Assembly: GCA_964633315.1 (NCBI GenBank)
Contig: CAZWGS010000011.1
Coordinates: 6,879-70,878, forward strand
Direction: 5' to 3'
Length of the DNA: 64,000 nt
DNA from: an uncultured bacterium
GTDB lineage: Bacteria > Cyanobacteriota > Cyanobacteriia > Cyanobacteriales > CAWCAG01
Shown here: in pieces, positions 28,762 to 38,887 of the stretch
Numbering within the stretch: position 1 is the stretch's first letter
Layout: every line of letters starts with the position of its first letter
Made by a program: the position numbers and the translations under genes
Notes under the pieces: model-generated
Told to the model about the DNA's origin: nothing
What the model saw: only the letters and a program-made list of their open reading frames with translations
Database searches by the model: none

Positions 28762-30960
28762 ATGACTAACGACAAAGAACAAGCAATAAAAAGCGCAGGT
28801 TTGGGAACATTTGGAGGTGTTTATACACCATCGATTCTAACCATTTTGGGCGTAATCATGTATTTACGCTTTGGTTGGGTTGTGGGCAGCGTGGGTTTAA
28901 TTGGCACACTGCTAATCGTTACCTTATCCACAGGAATTACCTTTCTCACTTCCCTCTCTGTATGTGCCATTGCCACAGATAGAGTGGTGCGCGCAGGCGG
29001 CGCTTATTATATGATTAGCCGTTCTTTGGGTATTGAAACTGGTGGTGCAGTGGGTATTCCCCTCTACTTTGCCCAAGCACTATCTGTCGCCCTCTACACC
29101 CTAGGTTTTGCCGAAAGTGTAGTCCAGGCATTTGGTGGTTTAAGCCAGCTTTATGTAGGGTTAATTGTCACGGTTTTGGTGGGGATATTGGCACTAACTT
29201 CAGCCGAAATTGCGATTCGCGCCCAGTACTTTATTATGGCGGCAATTGCACTTTCCCTACTCTCAATTGTTTTTGGGCATCCCCTAGAAAATACAGAACC
29301 ATTAATGTTTAGTTTCCCCAGCGATTCACCAGAGTCGTTTTGGGTTGTCTTTGCTGTATTTTTTCCTGCGGTTACAGGAATTATGGCTGGTGTTAATATG
29401 TCCGGGGATTTGAAGGATCCAGTGCGGGCAATTCCCATTGGTACCCTAGCTGCAGTCGGTACAGGCTATGTCATCTACATGGTATTGCCTCTTATTTTAG
29501 CCATGCGAACCGATTCCCAAAGCCTGATTAACGATCCTTTGATTATGCAGCAAATATCCCTGTGGGGACCAGCAATTTTATTGGGAGTTTGGGGGGCAAC
29601 TCTTAGCAGCGCCATTGGTAGTATTTTAGGCGCACCAAGGGTTTTGCAAGCTTTAGCCAGGGATGGCGTTTTGCCCCAATGGATGAGCTTTCTGGGTACT
29701 GGCAATGGAGCCAATGATGAGCCACGCATTGGCACTGCTGTTACCCTCGCAGTAGCAGTAGCAGCAGTATGTATTGGCGATTTGAACCTCATCGCCCCGG
29801 TACTAACGATGTTTTTCCTCACAACTTATTTGGTACTCAATGTTTCTGCAGGTATTGAAGCATTTCTCCAAAGTCCCTCCTATCGCCCTGCATTTCGCGT
29901 TCCCTGGTTTCTTTCTTTGCTAGGCGCAGTGGGTTGCTTAGCAGTGATGTTTTTAATCAATGCTTTAGCCACCGTTGTTGCAGCTATAGTAGTCCTCGGT
30001 ATCTATATTTGGCTTCAGCGAAGGGAATTAACTACAACCTGGGGTGATGCACGTCTGGGGATGTGGATGGCGCTGTTGCGGGCGGGTATTTACCAAATTG
30101 GCAACAAAAGTAGCGAAGATACAAAAAATTGGCGACCTCATATTTTGGCACTTTCTGGAGCACCGAGGAAACGTTGGTCTCTAATTTGCATTGCTAGCGC
30201 CCTTACCCATAGTCGAGGTTTGGTAACGGTAGCCAGTGTTTTGCCTAATGACAAGGATTTGGAGCGTCAAAATTCCCTAGAACAGAGCATATCTAATTAT
30301 CTAGAGCGTCGCAATGTGCTAGCTTTAGTCCGTGTGGTAAGAGCACCTGATCCCTTTGAAGGGGCAAAACGACTGGTAGATGCTTACGGTGTCGGTTCCC
30401 TAGTACCCAATACAATTTTACTAGGAGATAGTGAACAAGCCAGTCGCCGTGATGACTATTGCCAGATGATCAGCCACATTCACCAAGCTAAACGCAGTTT
30501 GGTGATTTTGCGAGAACATCCAGAGCGAGGTTTTGGCTATCGTCGCCAAATTGATGTTTGGTGGGGAGGGATGCAAGCAAATGGTAGTTTAATGTTGCTC
30601 CTTGCCTATTTGATGATTAAGGATCAAGATTGGCGTCGTGCCAAGATTCATCTCAAATTAGTAGTACCAGATCAAACCGCTGCTGTGGCGGCGAAGGAAA
30701 ATCTGGAAAAGATGATTGGGGATTTGCGTTTAGCTGCGATTCCTATCGTTTTAGTCGCTAATGGACGTTCCTTTGATGAAATACTCCATCAGTCATCCAA
30801 AAAAGCTGACTTGGTATTTTTAGGTATGGCAAGACCAGGAGATAATTTCACTGAGTATTATGAAAAGTTGCAACTTCGGGCAGCAAATTTGCCAACCACC
30901 TTGTTTGTTTTAGCTGCACCAGGTTTTGCTTTCAGTGAAGTTTTGAGTGAAGGAAATTGA
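28762..30960 (+). CDS. Amino acid permease / cation-chloride cotransporter (SLC12-like) family protein
   Basis: It has an APC-superfamily 12-TM core plus a soluble C-terminal domain of about 270 aa, as in bacterial SLC12 homologues. Confidence 0.75.
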   Translation: MTNDKEQAIKSAGLGTFGGVYTPSILTILGVIMYLRFGWVVGSVGLIGTLLIVTLSTGITFLTSLSVCAIATDRVVRAGGAYYMISRSLGIETGGAVGIPLYFAQALSVALYTLGFAESVVQAFGGLSQLYVGLIVTVLVGILALTSAEIAIRAQYFIMAAIALSLLSIVFGHPLENTEPLMFSFPSDSPESFWVVFAVFFPAVTGIMAGVNMSGDLKDPVRAIPIGTLAAVGTGYVIYMVLPLILAMRTDSQSLINDPLIMQQISLWGPAILLGVWGATLSSAIGSILGAPRVLQALARDGVLPQWMSFLGTGNGANDEPRIGTAVTLAVAVAAVCIGDLNLIAPVLTMFFLTTYLVLNVSAGIEAFLQSPSYRPAFRVPWFLSLLGAVGCLAVMFLINALATVVAAIVVLGIYIWLQRRELTTTWGDARLGMWMALLRAGIYQIGNKSSEDTKNWRPHILALSGAPRKRWSLICIASALTHSRGLVTVASVLPNDKDLERQNSLEQSISNYLERRNVLALVRVVRAPDPFEGAKRLVDAYGVGSLVPNTILLGDSEQASRRDDYCQMISHIHQAKRSLVILREHPERGFGYRRQIDVWWGGMQANGSLMLLLAYLMIKDQDWRRAKIHLKLVVPDQTAAVAAKENLEKMIGDLRLAAIPIVLVANGRSFDEILHQSSKKADLVFLGMARPGDNFTEYYEKLQLRAANLPTTLFVLAAPGFAFSEVLSEGN

Positions 30961-31020
30961 GAAATTGGGGAGATGGGGAGATGGGGAAATGGGGAGATTG
31001 GGAAGCAGGGGAAGTTAAGG
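30961..31020. repeat. GGGGA-rich octamer tandem repeat
   Basis: GAAATTGGGGAGATGGGGAGATGGGGAAATGGGGAGATTGGGAAGCAGGGGAAG, read directly after the stop codon. Confidence 0.75.
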
Positions 31021-31044
31021 AGTAGAGAATAATGCATTACTCAT

Positions 31045-31080
31045 CCGTTGTCATTACGATTAGTGACGCTGTAGCAGCGT
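31045..31080. repeat. Left copy of a 36-nt inverted repeat flanking the DUF4079-comEC pair
   Basis: The reverse complement of 31045-31080 matches 34002-34037 at 31 of 36 positions by manual alignment. Confidence 0.7.
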
Positions 31081-31191
31081 AAATCATCCGTTTCCACAAT
31101 CAACCATTAACCATCAACAATTCACAATCAACCAACAACCAAAAATCATTAATAATTAATAATTGACCATAGACAAAAAATTAATAAGTTA

Positions 31192-31668
31192 ATGACCAGT
31201 TTGAGCGAACTTCTAGAACCAATTGCCGCTTGGTTTCGTAGTTTGGGTATACCTGAACCCATTGTGCATTGGGGACACCCCTTAATGATGGCGATTGTGG
31301 TGTTTGTTATGGGTAGTTTTGTTGGTTGGGCTGGCTGGCGTGGCAGAATTGCTACTGAGTCAGAAGCAGCCCAAAAAAGTAAATCAGAACACCGTAAATT
31401 AGCCCCGTGGATGTTCGTTTTTATTGCTTCAGGCTACACTGGAGGCGTTTTATCTTTAGTGATGCAGCAACAGTCAATATTAGAGAGTCCTCATTTTTGG
31501 ACTGGTTCAGTAGTAGTTGCTTTACTCGCAACTAATGCTGGCATTTCTCTAGCTGGTTTTGGAGGCACAAAAGTGTTGCGTAGCATCCATGCTTATGTGG
31601 GTAGTGCAGCCCTTTGCTTACTACTAATACACGCTGTTTTGGGTTTAAAACTTGGTCTAGCTATTTAA
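31192..31668 (+). CDS. DUF4079-like 4-TM membrane protein
   Basis: It is a small His-containing polytopic membrane protein. The family name is recalled from its general pattern only. Confidence 0.5.
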   Translation: MTSLSELLEPIAAWFRSLGIPEPIVHWGHPLMMAIVVFVMGSFVGWAGWRGRIATESEAAQKSKSEHRKLAPWMFVFIASGYTGGVLSLVMQQQSILESPHFWTGSVVVALLATNAGISLAGFGGTKVLRSIHAYVGSAALCLLLIHAVLGLKLGLAI

Positions 31669-31671
31669 TTA

Positions 31672-33987
31672 ATGAATTTCAGTGGCGCTACCCTGCTGTG
31701 CTTGGCTTACATTGTCGCTTTAGCTGCAACAGCCCTGCTGCGGGTCATTCTACCAGAAGCATCGGTACAGGATTTCCGGAATCTAGGTGCTGCTTTTTTG
31801 GCTATAGCTGTGATTGCAGCCTTGGTTGTACCCCGTATTTGGCGTGGTACACCCCAAGCTAAAATCTGGCTCATGGCAGGGTTAGTTGGGGCTTTAGCAG
31901 TGCTACATTTGCAATTGCGAATACCCCAACCCAGCGCCCAGGATATTAGCCAATATGTCAATGAACCCGCAACCAAAGGGATAGAACAACTGGTAACGGT
32001 TCAAGGCAAAATCATTAGTCAACCAAAAATTACATCTAACCAGCGTTTGCGTTTCTGGCTACAAGCACAGCAGCTAACTTCTGTGCAAGTAAAAGAAGGG
32101 ACTAACTATGGTTTAAATACTGTGGAAGGTAAACTCTATGTCACAGTACCATTGCTGCAGGGAACAGGTACCTATCTGGGACAAATAGTTACTGTTACAG
32201 GTATACTCTATCAACCCCAAGCTCCCCGTAATCCTGGCAGCTTTGATTTTAAAGCTTATTTGGCTGGTGAAGGGGCATTTACAGCTCTCAAAGGCAATCA
32301 AATTGTTGCGGAAAACCCAGAAGAGCAACCTTGGGGTTGGTGGCGGTTGCGTCAGCGTATCCTGCGCGCACAGTTGCGTTGGTTGGGTAGTCCCCAAGGA
32401 CAGGTTCTCAGTTCCATTGTTTTGGGGCGACGGGCGGTGGATTTACCTAACGATGTCCTGCAACAGTTTGTCAAAGCAGGTTTAGCCCATGTGTTGGCGG
32501 CTTCGGGTTTTCATATCTCGCTACTTTTAAGTGTGGTACTCGGTGCTAGTCGCTCTTTACCCATCCGCGGTAAGTTTATTGTTGGTTGCACAACTCTGGC
32601 AATTTACCTGTGCTTAACTGGTTGCCAACCCTCAGTATTGCGGGCGGCTTTAATGGGTTTGGGAGCCCTAATCGCCCTCATAACGCAACGACAGGTAAAA
32701 ACATTGGGGGCGCTGTTGCTGGCGGCGACAATTTTATTGCTTGTGAATCCTCTTTGGATTGAAGATTTAGGTTTTCAGCTTAGTTTTTTGGCAACTTTAG
32801 GTTTAGTAGTTACTGCACCTGCGATTGCAAAATATTTAGATTTCCTACCCACAACCATAGCTAACATTGTTGCTGTGCCTATCGCTGCAACGCTGTGGAC
32901 TTTGCCTTTGGTGAGCCATGTTTTTCAAGTAATCGCTCCCTATAGTATTCTCACCAACATTATCGTCACACCTCTAATTATCCTAATTAGCCTGGTGGGT
33001 ATGCTAAGTGCGGGTGCAGCCCTAATTTATCCTCTTGCTGGGAGTGCGATTGCTTGGTTACTCTATTTTCCCATTCAAATCTTGCTCGCTATTATTGAGT
33101 TTATCAATCAACTGCCTGGTAGTTCCTGGGTTGTAGGCAGTATTTCCCTCAGCCAAATGCTAGCGATTTATGGACTCATCTTTTTAGTCTGGTGTACTCG
33201 TCGCTTGCAGGTTTGGTGGTGGTTGGTGGCGTTGTTTGCTTGCACTCTAGTTATTACCCCTATTGTCTACAGTCGCGCGCAAATATCCCAGGTTACTGTC
33301 TTAGCCACAAATCAAGAACCAGTAGTAGTGATACAAGACCAAGGAAAAGTGGTTTTGATTAATAGTGGACAAGTCAATACCGCCAGGTTTAGCCTACTGC
33401 CTTTCCTGCGTCAGCAGGGAGTTAACCAGATTGATTTAGCAATTGCTTTAGAGTCTCAAAATAGGTTAATTGCAGGCTGGAATGGGATTTTGGCAAATTT
33501 GCCGATACAAGAATTCTGGTACAGCTCTGGGGGAATAAGACAGGCGATTAAAGGGACAGAAAATACGAGATACCAGCCCCTAGAATTAAACCAAACACTG
33601 CAACTTGCTTCCCTGAAGCTCAAGTTAATTAGTCGGCAACCAGCAGCTTTACTGATACAAATGCAAGGGAAAACTTGGTTGCTGTGCGCTTACAATCAGC
33701 CAACAAAACAGAATCAAGAACAATTTCTACGCTACATCCAGGAAGCAGAAAATGTAAAGCCAGAGGTTATTTTATGGTCAACTCACAGCTCAAATAGCGA
33801 TTGGTTAAATACTCTCAACCCCCAAGTTATTATTGCCTACGGAGATAATTTTGATGCCGAAATTACCTCTGATCTCAAGCAACAGACAACGCAAGTTTAC
33901 TCCACACAGCGTGATGGTGCTGTGCAATGGAGTGTGCAACAGGGATTTAGCACTCCTTTAGCAAAGCAAGATTTAGATTGGTATTAG
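31672..33987 (+). CDS. comEC: ComEC/Rec2-family DNA internalisation-related competence protein
   Basis: It has the competence-domain strings GLAHVLAASGFHISLL and CQPSVLRAALMG, many TM helices, and a degenerate C-terminal metallo-beta-lactamase-like domain. Confidence 0.85.
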   Translation: MNFSGATLLCLAYIVALAATALLRVILPEASVQDFRNLGAAFLAIAVIAALVVPRIWRGTPQAKIWLMAGLVGALAVLHLQLRIPQPSAQDISQYVNEPATKGIEQLVTVQGKIISQPKITSNQRLRFWLQAQQLTSVQVKEGTNYGLNTVEGKLYVTVPLLQGTGTYLGQIVTVTGILYQPQAPRNPGSFDFKAYLAGEGAFTALKGNQIVAENPEEQPWGWWRLRQRILRAQLRWLGSPQGQVLSSIVLGRRAVDLPNDVLQQFVKAGLAHVLAASGFHISLLLSVVLGASRSLPIRGKFIVGCTTLAIYLCLTGCQPSVLRAALMGLGALIALITQRQVKTLGALLLAATILLLVNPLWIEDLGFQLSFLATLGLVVTAPAIAKYLDFLPTTIANIVAVPIAATLWTLPLVSHVFQVIAPYSILTNIIVTPLIILISLVGMLSAGAALIYPLAGSAIAWLLYFPIQILLAIIEFINQLPGSSWVVGSISLSQMLAIYGLIFLVWCTRRLQVWWWLVALFACTLVITPIVYSRAQISQVTVLATNQEPVVVIQDQGKVVLINSGQVNTARFSLLPFLRQQGVNQIDLAIALESQNRLIAGWNGILANLPIQEFWYSSGGIRQAIKGTENTRYQPLELNQTLQLASLKLKLISRQPAALLIQMQGKTWLLCAYNQPTKQNQEQFLRYIQEAENVKPEVILWSTHSSNSDWLNTLNPQVIIAYGDNFDAEITSDLKQQTTQVYSTQRDGAVQWSVQQGFSTPLAKQDLDWY

Positions 33988-34001
33988 GAAACAGATGCTT
34001 G

Positions 34002-34037
34002 ACGGTGCTACAGCGTAACTGAAAGTAATGACAACGG
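34002..34037. repeat. Right copy of the 36-nt inverted repeat flanking DUF4079-comEC
   Basis: ACGGTGCTACAGCGTAACTGAAAGTAATGACAACGG, compared with the reverse complement of 31045-31080. Confidence 0.7.
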
Positions 34038-34118
34038 TTGTTACCCTCTCAGGCGATTCCTAACAGAAAACGCCCCCACCACAGGGACAAGGGCGTATCA
34101 AGAAAGACCTTTTCGTTG

Positions 34119-35168
34119 CTAAACGAGAGCCAGTAAAACGAATGAAACCAAGTAAAGGGGAACAATCACATATCCTACTTTCTTAGGAATTTCATCCCGG
34201 TATACGAATATCAGTAGCGTTGCTGTCAGAATCATCGTCACCACAGCAGGAAAGGTGTTGTGCATGGCACTCTCAAGAGCAAATGGTCGAATGATGGTCG
34301 ATATACCCAAAAAGGACGTGTCGAAAGCATTTGAACCAGCTAGAGCGATGCATGCAAAAAAAAGTCCTTTCTTTCCACTCTTGACCAGTGGAATGGAGGT
34401 AAAAACTTCTCCAGCACTTGTTACAACCGCTCCAATAATCCCAAGGACAAAGGCAGGAATTCCAAAAACGCCACCACTATAAATGATAGCGTCGAAGAAC
34501 CAGACCGTACCCAGCAGGAGAAGGGCAAACCCTGTCACCAGATTGTATGTTGAGCCGTTGAATCCAGCATCATCGTCATCATCGGTATCGAAAATGCCTT
34601 CAGGGGCATCAGCCAAAAATTGCCAAGCGGCAGCTAAAGCCGTAATTGTGATTTCAAATCCTGCAATGCGGGTAAAGCCATTCATCATTGCCGAAACAAC
34701 AAAATATGACATCAACGTCAAGAGCCACATATCTGCACGTAGCAAACGTGGATCCCACTTATTATTCTTGGCGAAGATTACACACAAGAAAAACAAGGCA
34801 CCAATCTGAAAGCCATCAGATCCGATAATACTATGGGCAAGAATCTCATTTTCACCCTTAACGGTTGAGATGATGACGAAGCCCAACTCACTCAAGCTGG
34901 TGCCGAAAGCAATGATACCTGGAATCAAAGCAGGCGACCATTTTTCTCGATTCACAATCGCTGTAGCCTCGCCAACTACGGATTCGCTACCTGCATCTAG
35001 CATACTAAAGCCAAAATAGCCGACAATCATCGCAATCGGCATACCAACAGCCACTTGGTTTGTGTTCTCGAGCAAGGTGAGAATAGGATCAATACTGAAA
35101 CCAACCCCCAAGATGGCAAGGGTCAAGATTAACAACCGTGGCGCAGGATGCGTTAGAAAAAGTGTCAT
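34119..35168 (-). CDS. CaCA-like (sodium/calcium exchanger family) membrane protein
   Basis: It is polytopic, with two alpha-repeat-like motifs (GTSLSELGF and GSNAFDTSFLG). I prefer the start at MTLFLTH (ATG 35168) over the track start at 35231. Confidence 0.55.
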   Translation of the reverse strand: MTLFLTHPAPRLLILTLAILGVGFSIDPILTLLENTNQVAVGMPIAMIVGYFGFSMLDAGSESVVGEATAIVNREKWSPALIPGIIAFGTSLSELGFVIISTVKGENEILAHSIIGSDGFQIGALFFLCVIFAKNNKWDPRLLRADMWLLTLMSYFVVSAMMNGFTRIAGFEITITALAAAWQFLADAPEGIFDTDDDDDAGFNGSTYNLVTGFALLLLGTVWFFDAIIYSGGVFGIPAFVLGIIGAVVTSAGEVFTSIPLVKSGKKGLFFACIALAGSNAFDTSFLGISTIIRPFALESAMHNTFPAVVTMILTATLLIFVYRDEIPKKVGYVIVPLYLVSFVLLALV

Positions 35169-35361
35169 GATGTTTAAGGGTATAAAAATATTTCTCAGCG
35201 TTATTACCGACTGCAAGGGCACTGGCATCAAGATCTACCATTAGGTCAACCTGTGGGCAATTCCAGCCGAGACCAAAGTCTACTTCCTCCAGGACGACAC
35301 CATCCTTTTTGAGGGTAATCACTTGATACTTTTGGAGGATGATGACATTAGTATCAGTCAT
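35089..35361 (-). pseudogene. Truncated TerD-domain ORF (N-terminal third only) overlapping the antiporter start
   Basis: MTDTNVIILQKYQVITLKKDGVVLEEVDFGLGWN......VDLDASALAV..NAEKYFYTLK matches the start of TerD-family proteins (...GLGWD....DLDASA....F.FYNNLK). The Ca-binding GDN/GDDE part is absent. AAGGAAA lies upstream of the ATG at 35361. Confidence 0.5.
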
Positions 35362-35873
35362 TTTCCTTGGGTTAAACCCGCTCAAGACGGGACTAGACTT
35401 ACAAATGTAGTCAAAATCAAAAGGTCACTGCGAATGCACTAAACCACATTTAACTGTTGCAGTAGTATCACATTTAAGTTTGATTTTAAATTACGGTTTG
35501 AGGTCTGATGTTGACGTCAAAATCGTAACTTTTTGTTCAATTAGACCCGCTGATGCGAGATGACCGAGAATTCATCTCATAGCTCCCTTTTCCAGGGATT
35601 GCTCCCCAATTCTCTATTTCCCAACTCCTCCACACCAAATTGTTTACTCTAAAATTTCGTAAGTAATGTGGCGAAACGTTAATCTTTTTTGCTCTAGGAT
35701 ACAATCGGATGATTAATAGATGTAGCTCAATCTCTTGCTCTCCATAGATTTGAGCTTATTATTAACCCTCAAAAAGGAGATGCTTGTCTGTACTTAGTCC
35801 ATCGAGCTTTCTGGGATAATTCAGAAACGATTTCATTGCTCGATTGCAAACAGGACAAGGGAGAAAAAACGAT

Positions 35874-37400
35874 ATGAAATTGGCTTACTGGATGTATGCA
35901 GGACCCGCTCACATCGGTACTCTAAGAGTTGCTAGTTCTTTTAAGAATGTCCACGCTATCATGCACGCTCCTCTGGGAGATGATTATTTTAACGTCATGC
36001 GATCTATGCTAGAGCGGGAGAGAAACTTTACTCCGGTAACCGCCAGTATCGTTGATCGCAATGTTCTTGCTCGTGGTTCCCAAGAAAAAGTTGTAGATAA
36101 TATCACTCGTAAGGATAGGGAAGAACATCCAGATCTCATTGTTCTCACTCCCACTTGCACTTCGAGTATCTTACAGGAAGACCTGAGCAATTTTGTAGAC
36201 CGAGCGCAGATGGATTCCCAGGGAGACGTAATGCTGGCGGATGTAAATCACTACCGTGTTAACGAACTCCAAGCTGCAGATCGCACCCTGCAACAAATTA
36301 TTGAATATTACATCAAAAAGGCACGTAAACAAGGTAATATTGCAACCGAGAAAACAGCCCAACCTTCGGTTAATATTATTGGCGTTACAACTCTTGGCTT
36401 CCACAATCAACACGATTGCACTGAACTCAAGCGTTTGATGGCAGAGTTAGGGATTGCGATTAACGAAATTATCCCTGAAAAGGCTTGCGTTCACAACCTC
36501 AAAAATCTATCTCGCGCTTGGTTTAATCTGGTTCCCTACCGCGAAGTTGGCTTAATGACCGCTCGCTACCTAGAAGCAGAATTTGGCATGCCCTACGTAG
36601 ATATTACACCGATGGGAGTAGTAGAAACAGCCCGCTGCATCCGCAAGATTCAATCTGTGATTAATGCTCAAGGTGCAGAGGTAGACTACGAAGATTATAT
36701 CAACGAGCAAACCCTCCATGTTTCCCAAGCAGCCTGGTTTTCACGCTCCATTGACTGTCAAAATTTAACTGGTAAAAAAGCCGTTGTCTTTGGCGACAAT
36801 ACCCACGCCGCAGCTATGACCAAAATTTTAGCGCGAGAGATGGGAATTAGAGTTGTGTTAGCAGGAACTTATTGCAAGTATGATGCTGATTGGTTCAAGG
36901 AACAGGTGAGTGAATATTGCGATGAGGTGCTAATTAGCGATGATAATGGAGCCATAGGAGATGCGATTGCACGTCTCGAACCAGCCGCCATTTTTGGTAC
37001 ACAAATGGAACGTCACGTGGGTAAGCGTCTCAGCATCCCCTGCGGTGTCATTGCTGCACCAATCCACATCCAAGATTTTCCCATCGGTTACAAGCCATTT
37101 TTAGGCTATGAGGGGACTAATCAGGTAGCAGATTTGGTCTACAATTCCTTTACTTTGGGTATGGAAGATCATCTGCTAGAAATTTTTGGCGGACACGATA
37201 CCAAGGAAGTAATTCACAAGGGTATTTCTGCTGAATCTGACCTCACCTGGACCAAAGATGGCTTAGCGGAACTGAATAAAATTCCTGGTTTTGTACGTGG
37301 TAAGGTGAAGCGCAATACAGAGAAATTTGCTCGCGAGAGAGGTATCACTGCGATTAATGTGGAGGTACTTTACGCTGCGAAAGAGGCTGTAGGTGCTTAG
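35874..37400 (+). CDS. chlB: Light-independent protochlorophyllide reductase subunit B
   Basis: [58 protein letters not shown] is a near-canonical ChlB N-terminus. The start is taken at the internal ATG 35874, which has GGGAGA upstream. Confidence 0.95.
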   Translation: MKLAYWMYAGPAHIGTLRVASSFKNVHAIMHAPLGDDYFNVMRSMLERERNFTPVTASIVDRNVLARGSQEKVVDNITRKDREEHPDLIVLTPTCTSSILQEDLSNFVDRAQMDSQGDVMLADVNHYRVNELQAADRTLQQIIEYYIKKARKQGNIATEKTAQPSVNIIGVTTLGFHNQHDCTELKRLMAELGIAINEIIPEKACVHNLKNLSRAWFNLVPYREVGLMTARYLEAEFGMPYVDITPMGVVETARCIRKIQSVINAQGAEVDYEDYINEQTLHVSQAAWFSRSIDCQNLTGKKAVVFGDNTHAAAMTKILAREMGIRVVLAGTYCKYDADWFKEQVSEYCDEVLISDDNGAIGDAIARLEPAAIFGTQMERHVGKRLSIPCGVIAAPIHIQDFPIGYKPFLGYEGTNQVADLVYNSFTLGMEDHLLEIFGGHDTKEVIHKGISAESDLTWTKDGLAELNKIPGFVRGKVKRNTEKFARERGITAINVEVLYAAKEAVGA

Positions 37401-37409
37401 CCTTTTCAG

Positions 37410-37552
37410 CATCAATTAGATGTAGAATGCTATATCTCTACATCTAATTTGAATGTAGCGTGCTACATATTTCTATTCTTGCCTCTAATTCAGACGAAAC
37501 ATAAATTATGTCTCTTAATCTGAATTAGATGTAGCATGCTACGTCCCTAGGT
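37410..37552. repeat. Cluster of palindromic repeats between the convergent chlB and pyrB genes
   Basis: The cluster contains AGATGTAGAATGCTATATCTCTACATCT, ATGTAGCGTGCTACAT and GATGTAGCATGCTACGTCCCTAG, plus the inverted pair CTAATTCAGA...TCTGAATTAG. AATTAGATGTAG.ATGCTA occurs twice. Confidence 0.7.
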
Positions 37553-38596
37553 TTAACCTTTTCCGCTAACCATCAAATACAACAGCGCCATACGAACAGC
37601 AACTCCATTACTTACTTGCTGGGGAATTAAACTTAGTTTAGGATCATCCATTAAATCAGAACTAATTTCTACACCGCGATTTACAGGACCAGGATGTAAA
37701 ACTCTAACTTCTGGATGACAGAGCTGGAGACGTTCGCGTGTTACACCATATAGTTGATGGTACTCTCGCAAGCTAGGTAGTAAATGTTGGCTCATTCTTT
37801 CCTTTTGCAAGCGTAGAGTCATGACAAAATCGGCTTCCTCTAGTGCAGGTTCAATTTGCCAATGAATAAACAAATTATCTGCTCGCTCGCCAGAAACCAA
37901 GTCTGCAAAACCTTGAGGTACAAGGGTTGGACTACTGGCTAAATGTACTTTCATTCCCGCTGTCGTCAGGCTATAAATATTGGATCTGGCAACGCGTGAG
38001 TGTAGGATATCTCCCACAATGGCAATTTTTTTTCCTTGAAGCAACTCTAGACGAGGACGAATTGGATCAAGTAAAGAGCAGATAGTAAACAAATCTAGTA
38101 AACCCTGGGAAGGATGTTCATGCTGTCCATCACCTGCATTCAAAATACCCACACCCACACCAAGGCGATCCATTTCTTGCGCCACTGCTTGGGGAACTCC
38201 CGCTTCACGATGGCGAATTACCATCATATTAGCTCCCATCGCCAGATAGGTTTTAGCGGTATCTAAAATTGTCTCTCCCTTAGTCAAAGAAGATGTTCCA
38301 GGTGAAAAATTGAGGATATCAGCAGATAAACGCTTCGCCGCTAATTCAAAACTACTGCGGGTACGAGTAGAAGGTTCAAAAAATAAATTAGCAACTACCT
38401 GTCCTTGCAATGCTGGTACCTTTTTAATGCGCCGCGATAGTACCTCACGAAAGCTAGCCGCAGTTTGTAATAATGTTTCATATTCTGCGGTTGTAAAATC
38501 AGCTAGAGATAGGATATGGTGGCGATTCCAGGTAGTTGCAGACATGGTAAATTGCTCACTGAGTACAGGAATTTGGTAATCACTAGTTATGGGCAC
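37553..38596 (-). CDS. pyrB: Aspartate carbamoyltransferase catalytic subunit
   Basis: It has the motifs [19 protein letters not shown] and HPGP. The true start may be the internal MSATTWN (38548). Confidence 0.93.
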   Translation of the reverse strand: MPITSDYQIPVLSEQFTMSATTWNRHHILSLADFTTAEYETLLQTAASFREVLSRRIKKVPALQGQVVANLFFEPSTRTRSSFELAAKRLSADILNFSPGTSSLTKGETILDTAKTYLAMGANMMVIRHREAGVPQAVAQEMDRLGVGVGILNAGDGQHEHPSQGLLDLFTICSLLDPIRPRLELLQGKKIAIVGDILHSRVARSNIYSLTTAGMKVHLASSPTLVPQGFADLVSGERADNLFIHWQIEPALEEADFVMTLRLQKERMSQHLLPSLREYHQLYGVTRERLQLCHPEVRVLHPGPVNRGVEISSDLMDDPKLSLIPQQVSNGVAVRMALLYLMVSGKG

Positions 38597-38887
38597 TTTT
38601 TTCTCCGTAGTTATAGGTATTACCCCATTGGGAAGTCAACAAAAACCCATCTAAACTGGCTATGCACAGATTTTAGTCTTTTGTAATTAATTGGGGTGTA
38701 AGGGTTATATCCATTCTTTTGCTCTAGATTTTCGCTTTAGTATTCCCAATGAGCCATTATCTATGTTCTTGGCTCCCAAGAGTAAATCAGTATTAACCTA
38801 ATTAACCTTGAATTTATCCTGCTAGAGAAGATCTGTTGCTGAATATGAGTAGTTAAAGGAGTTCAAAAGTGTTGCACTGAATCTACT

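Noticed and set aside
35089-35385. Track coordinates for the 98-aa ORF (start 35385) and for the antiporter (start 35231)
   Set aside because: I prefer the internal starts, 35361 (AAGGAAA upstream, TerD similarity begins there) and 35168 (MTLFLTH, start of the first TM helix). The longer versions add residues with no similarity and increase the overlap.
35624-35635. ACTCCTCCACAC, resembling the conserved ACUCCUCACAC core of the cyanobacterial sRNA Yfr1
   Set aside because: There is one extra base, and no flanking stem-loops or terminator. The motif lies inside a copy of the GGAGTTGGGAAATAGAGA dispersed repeat.
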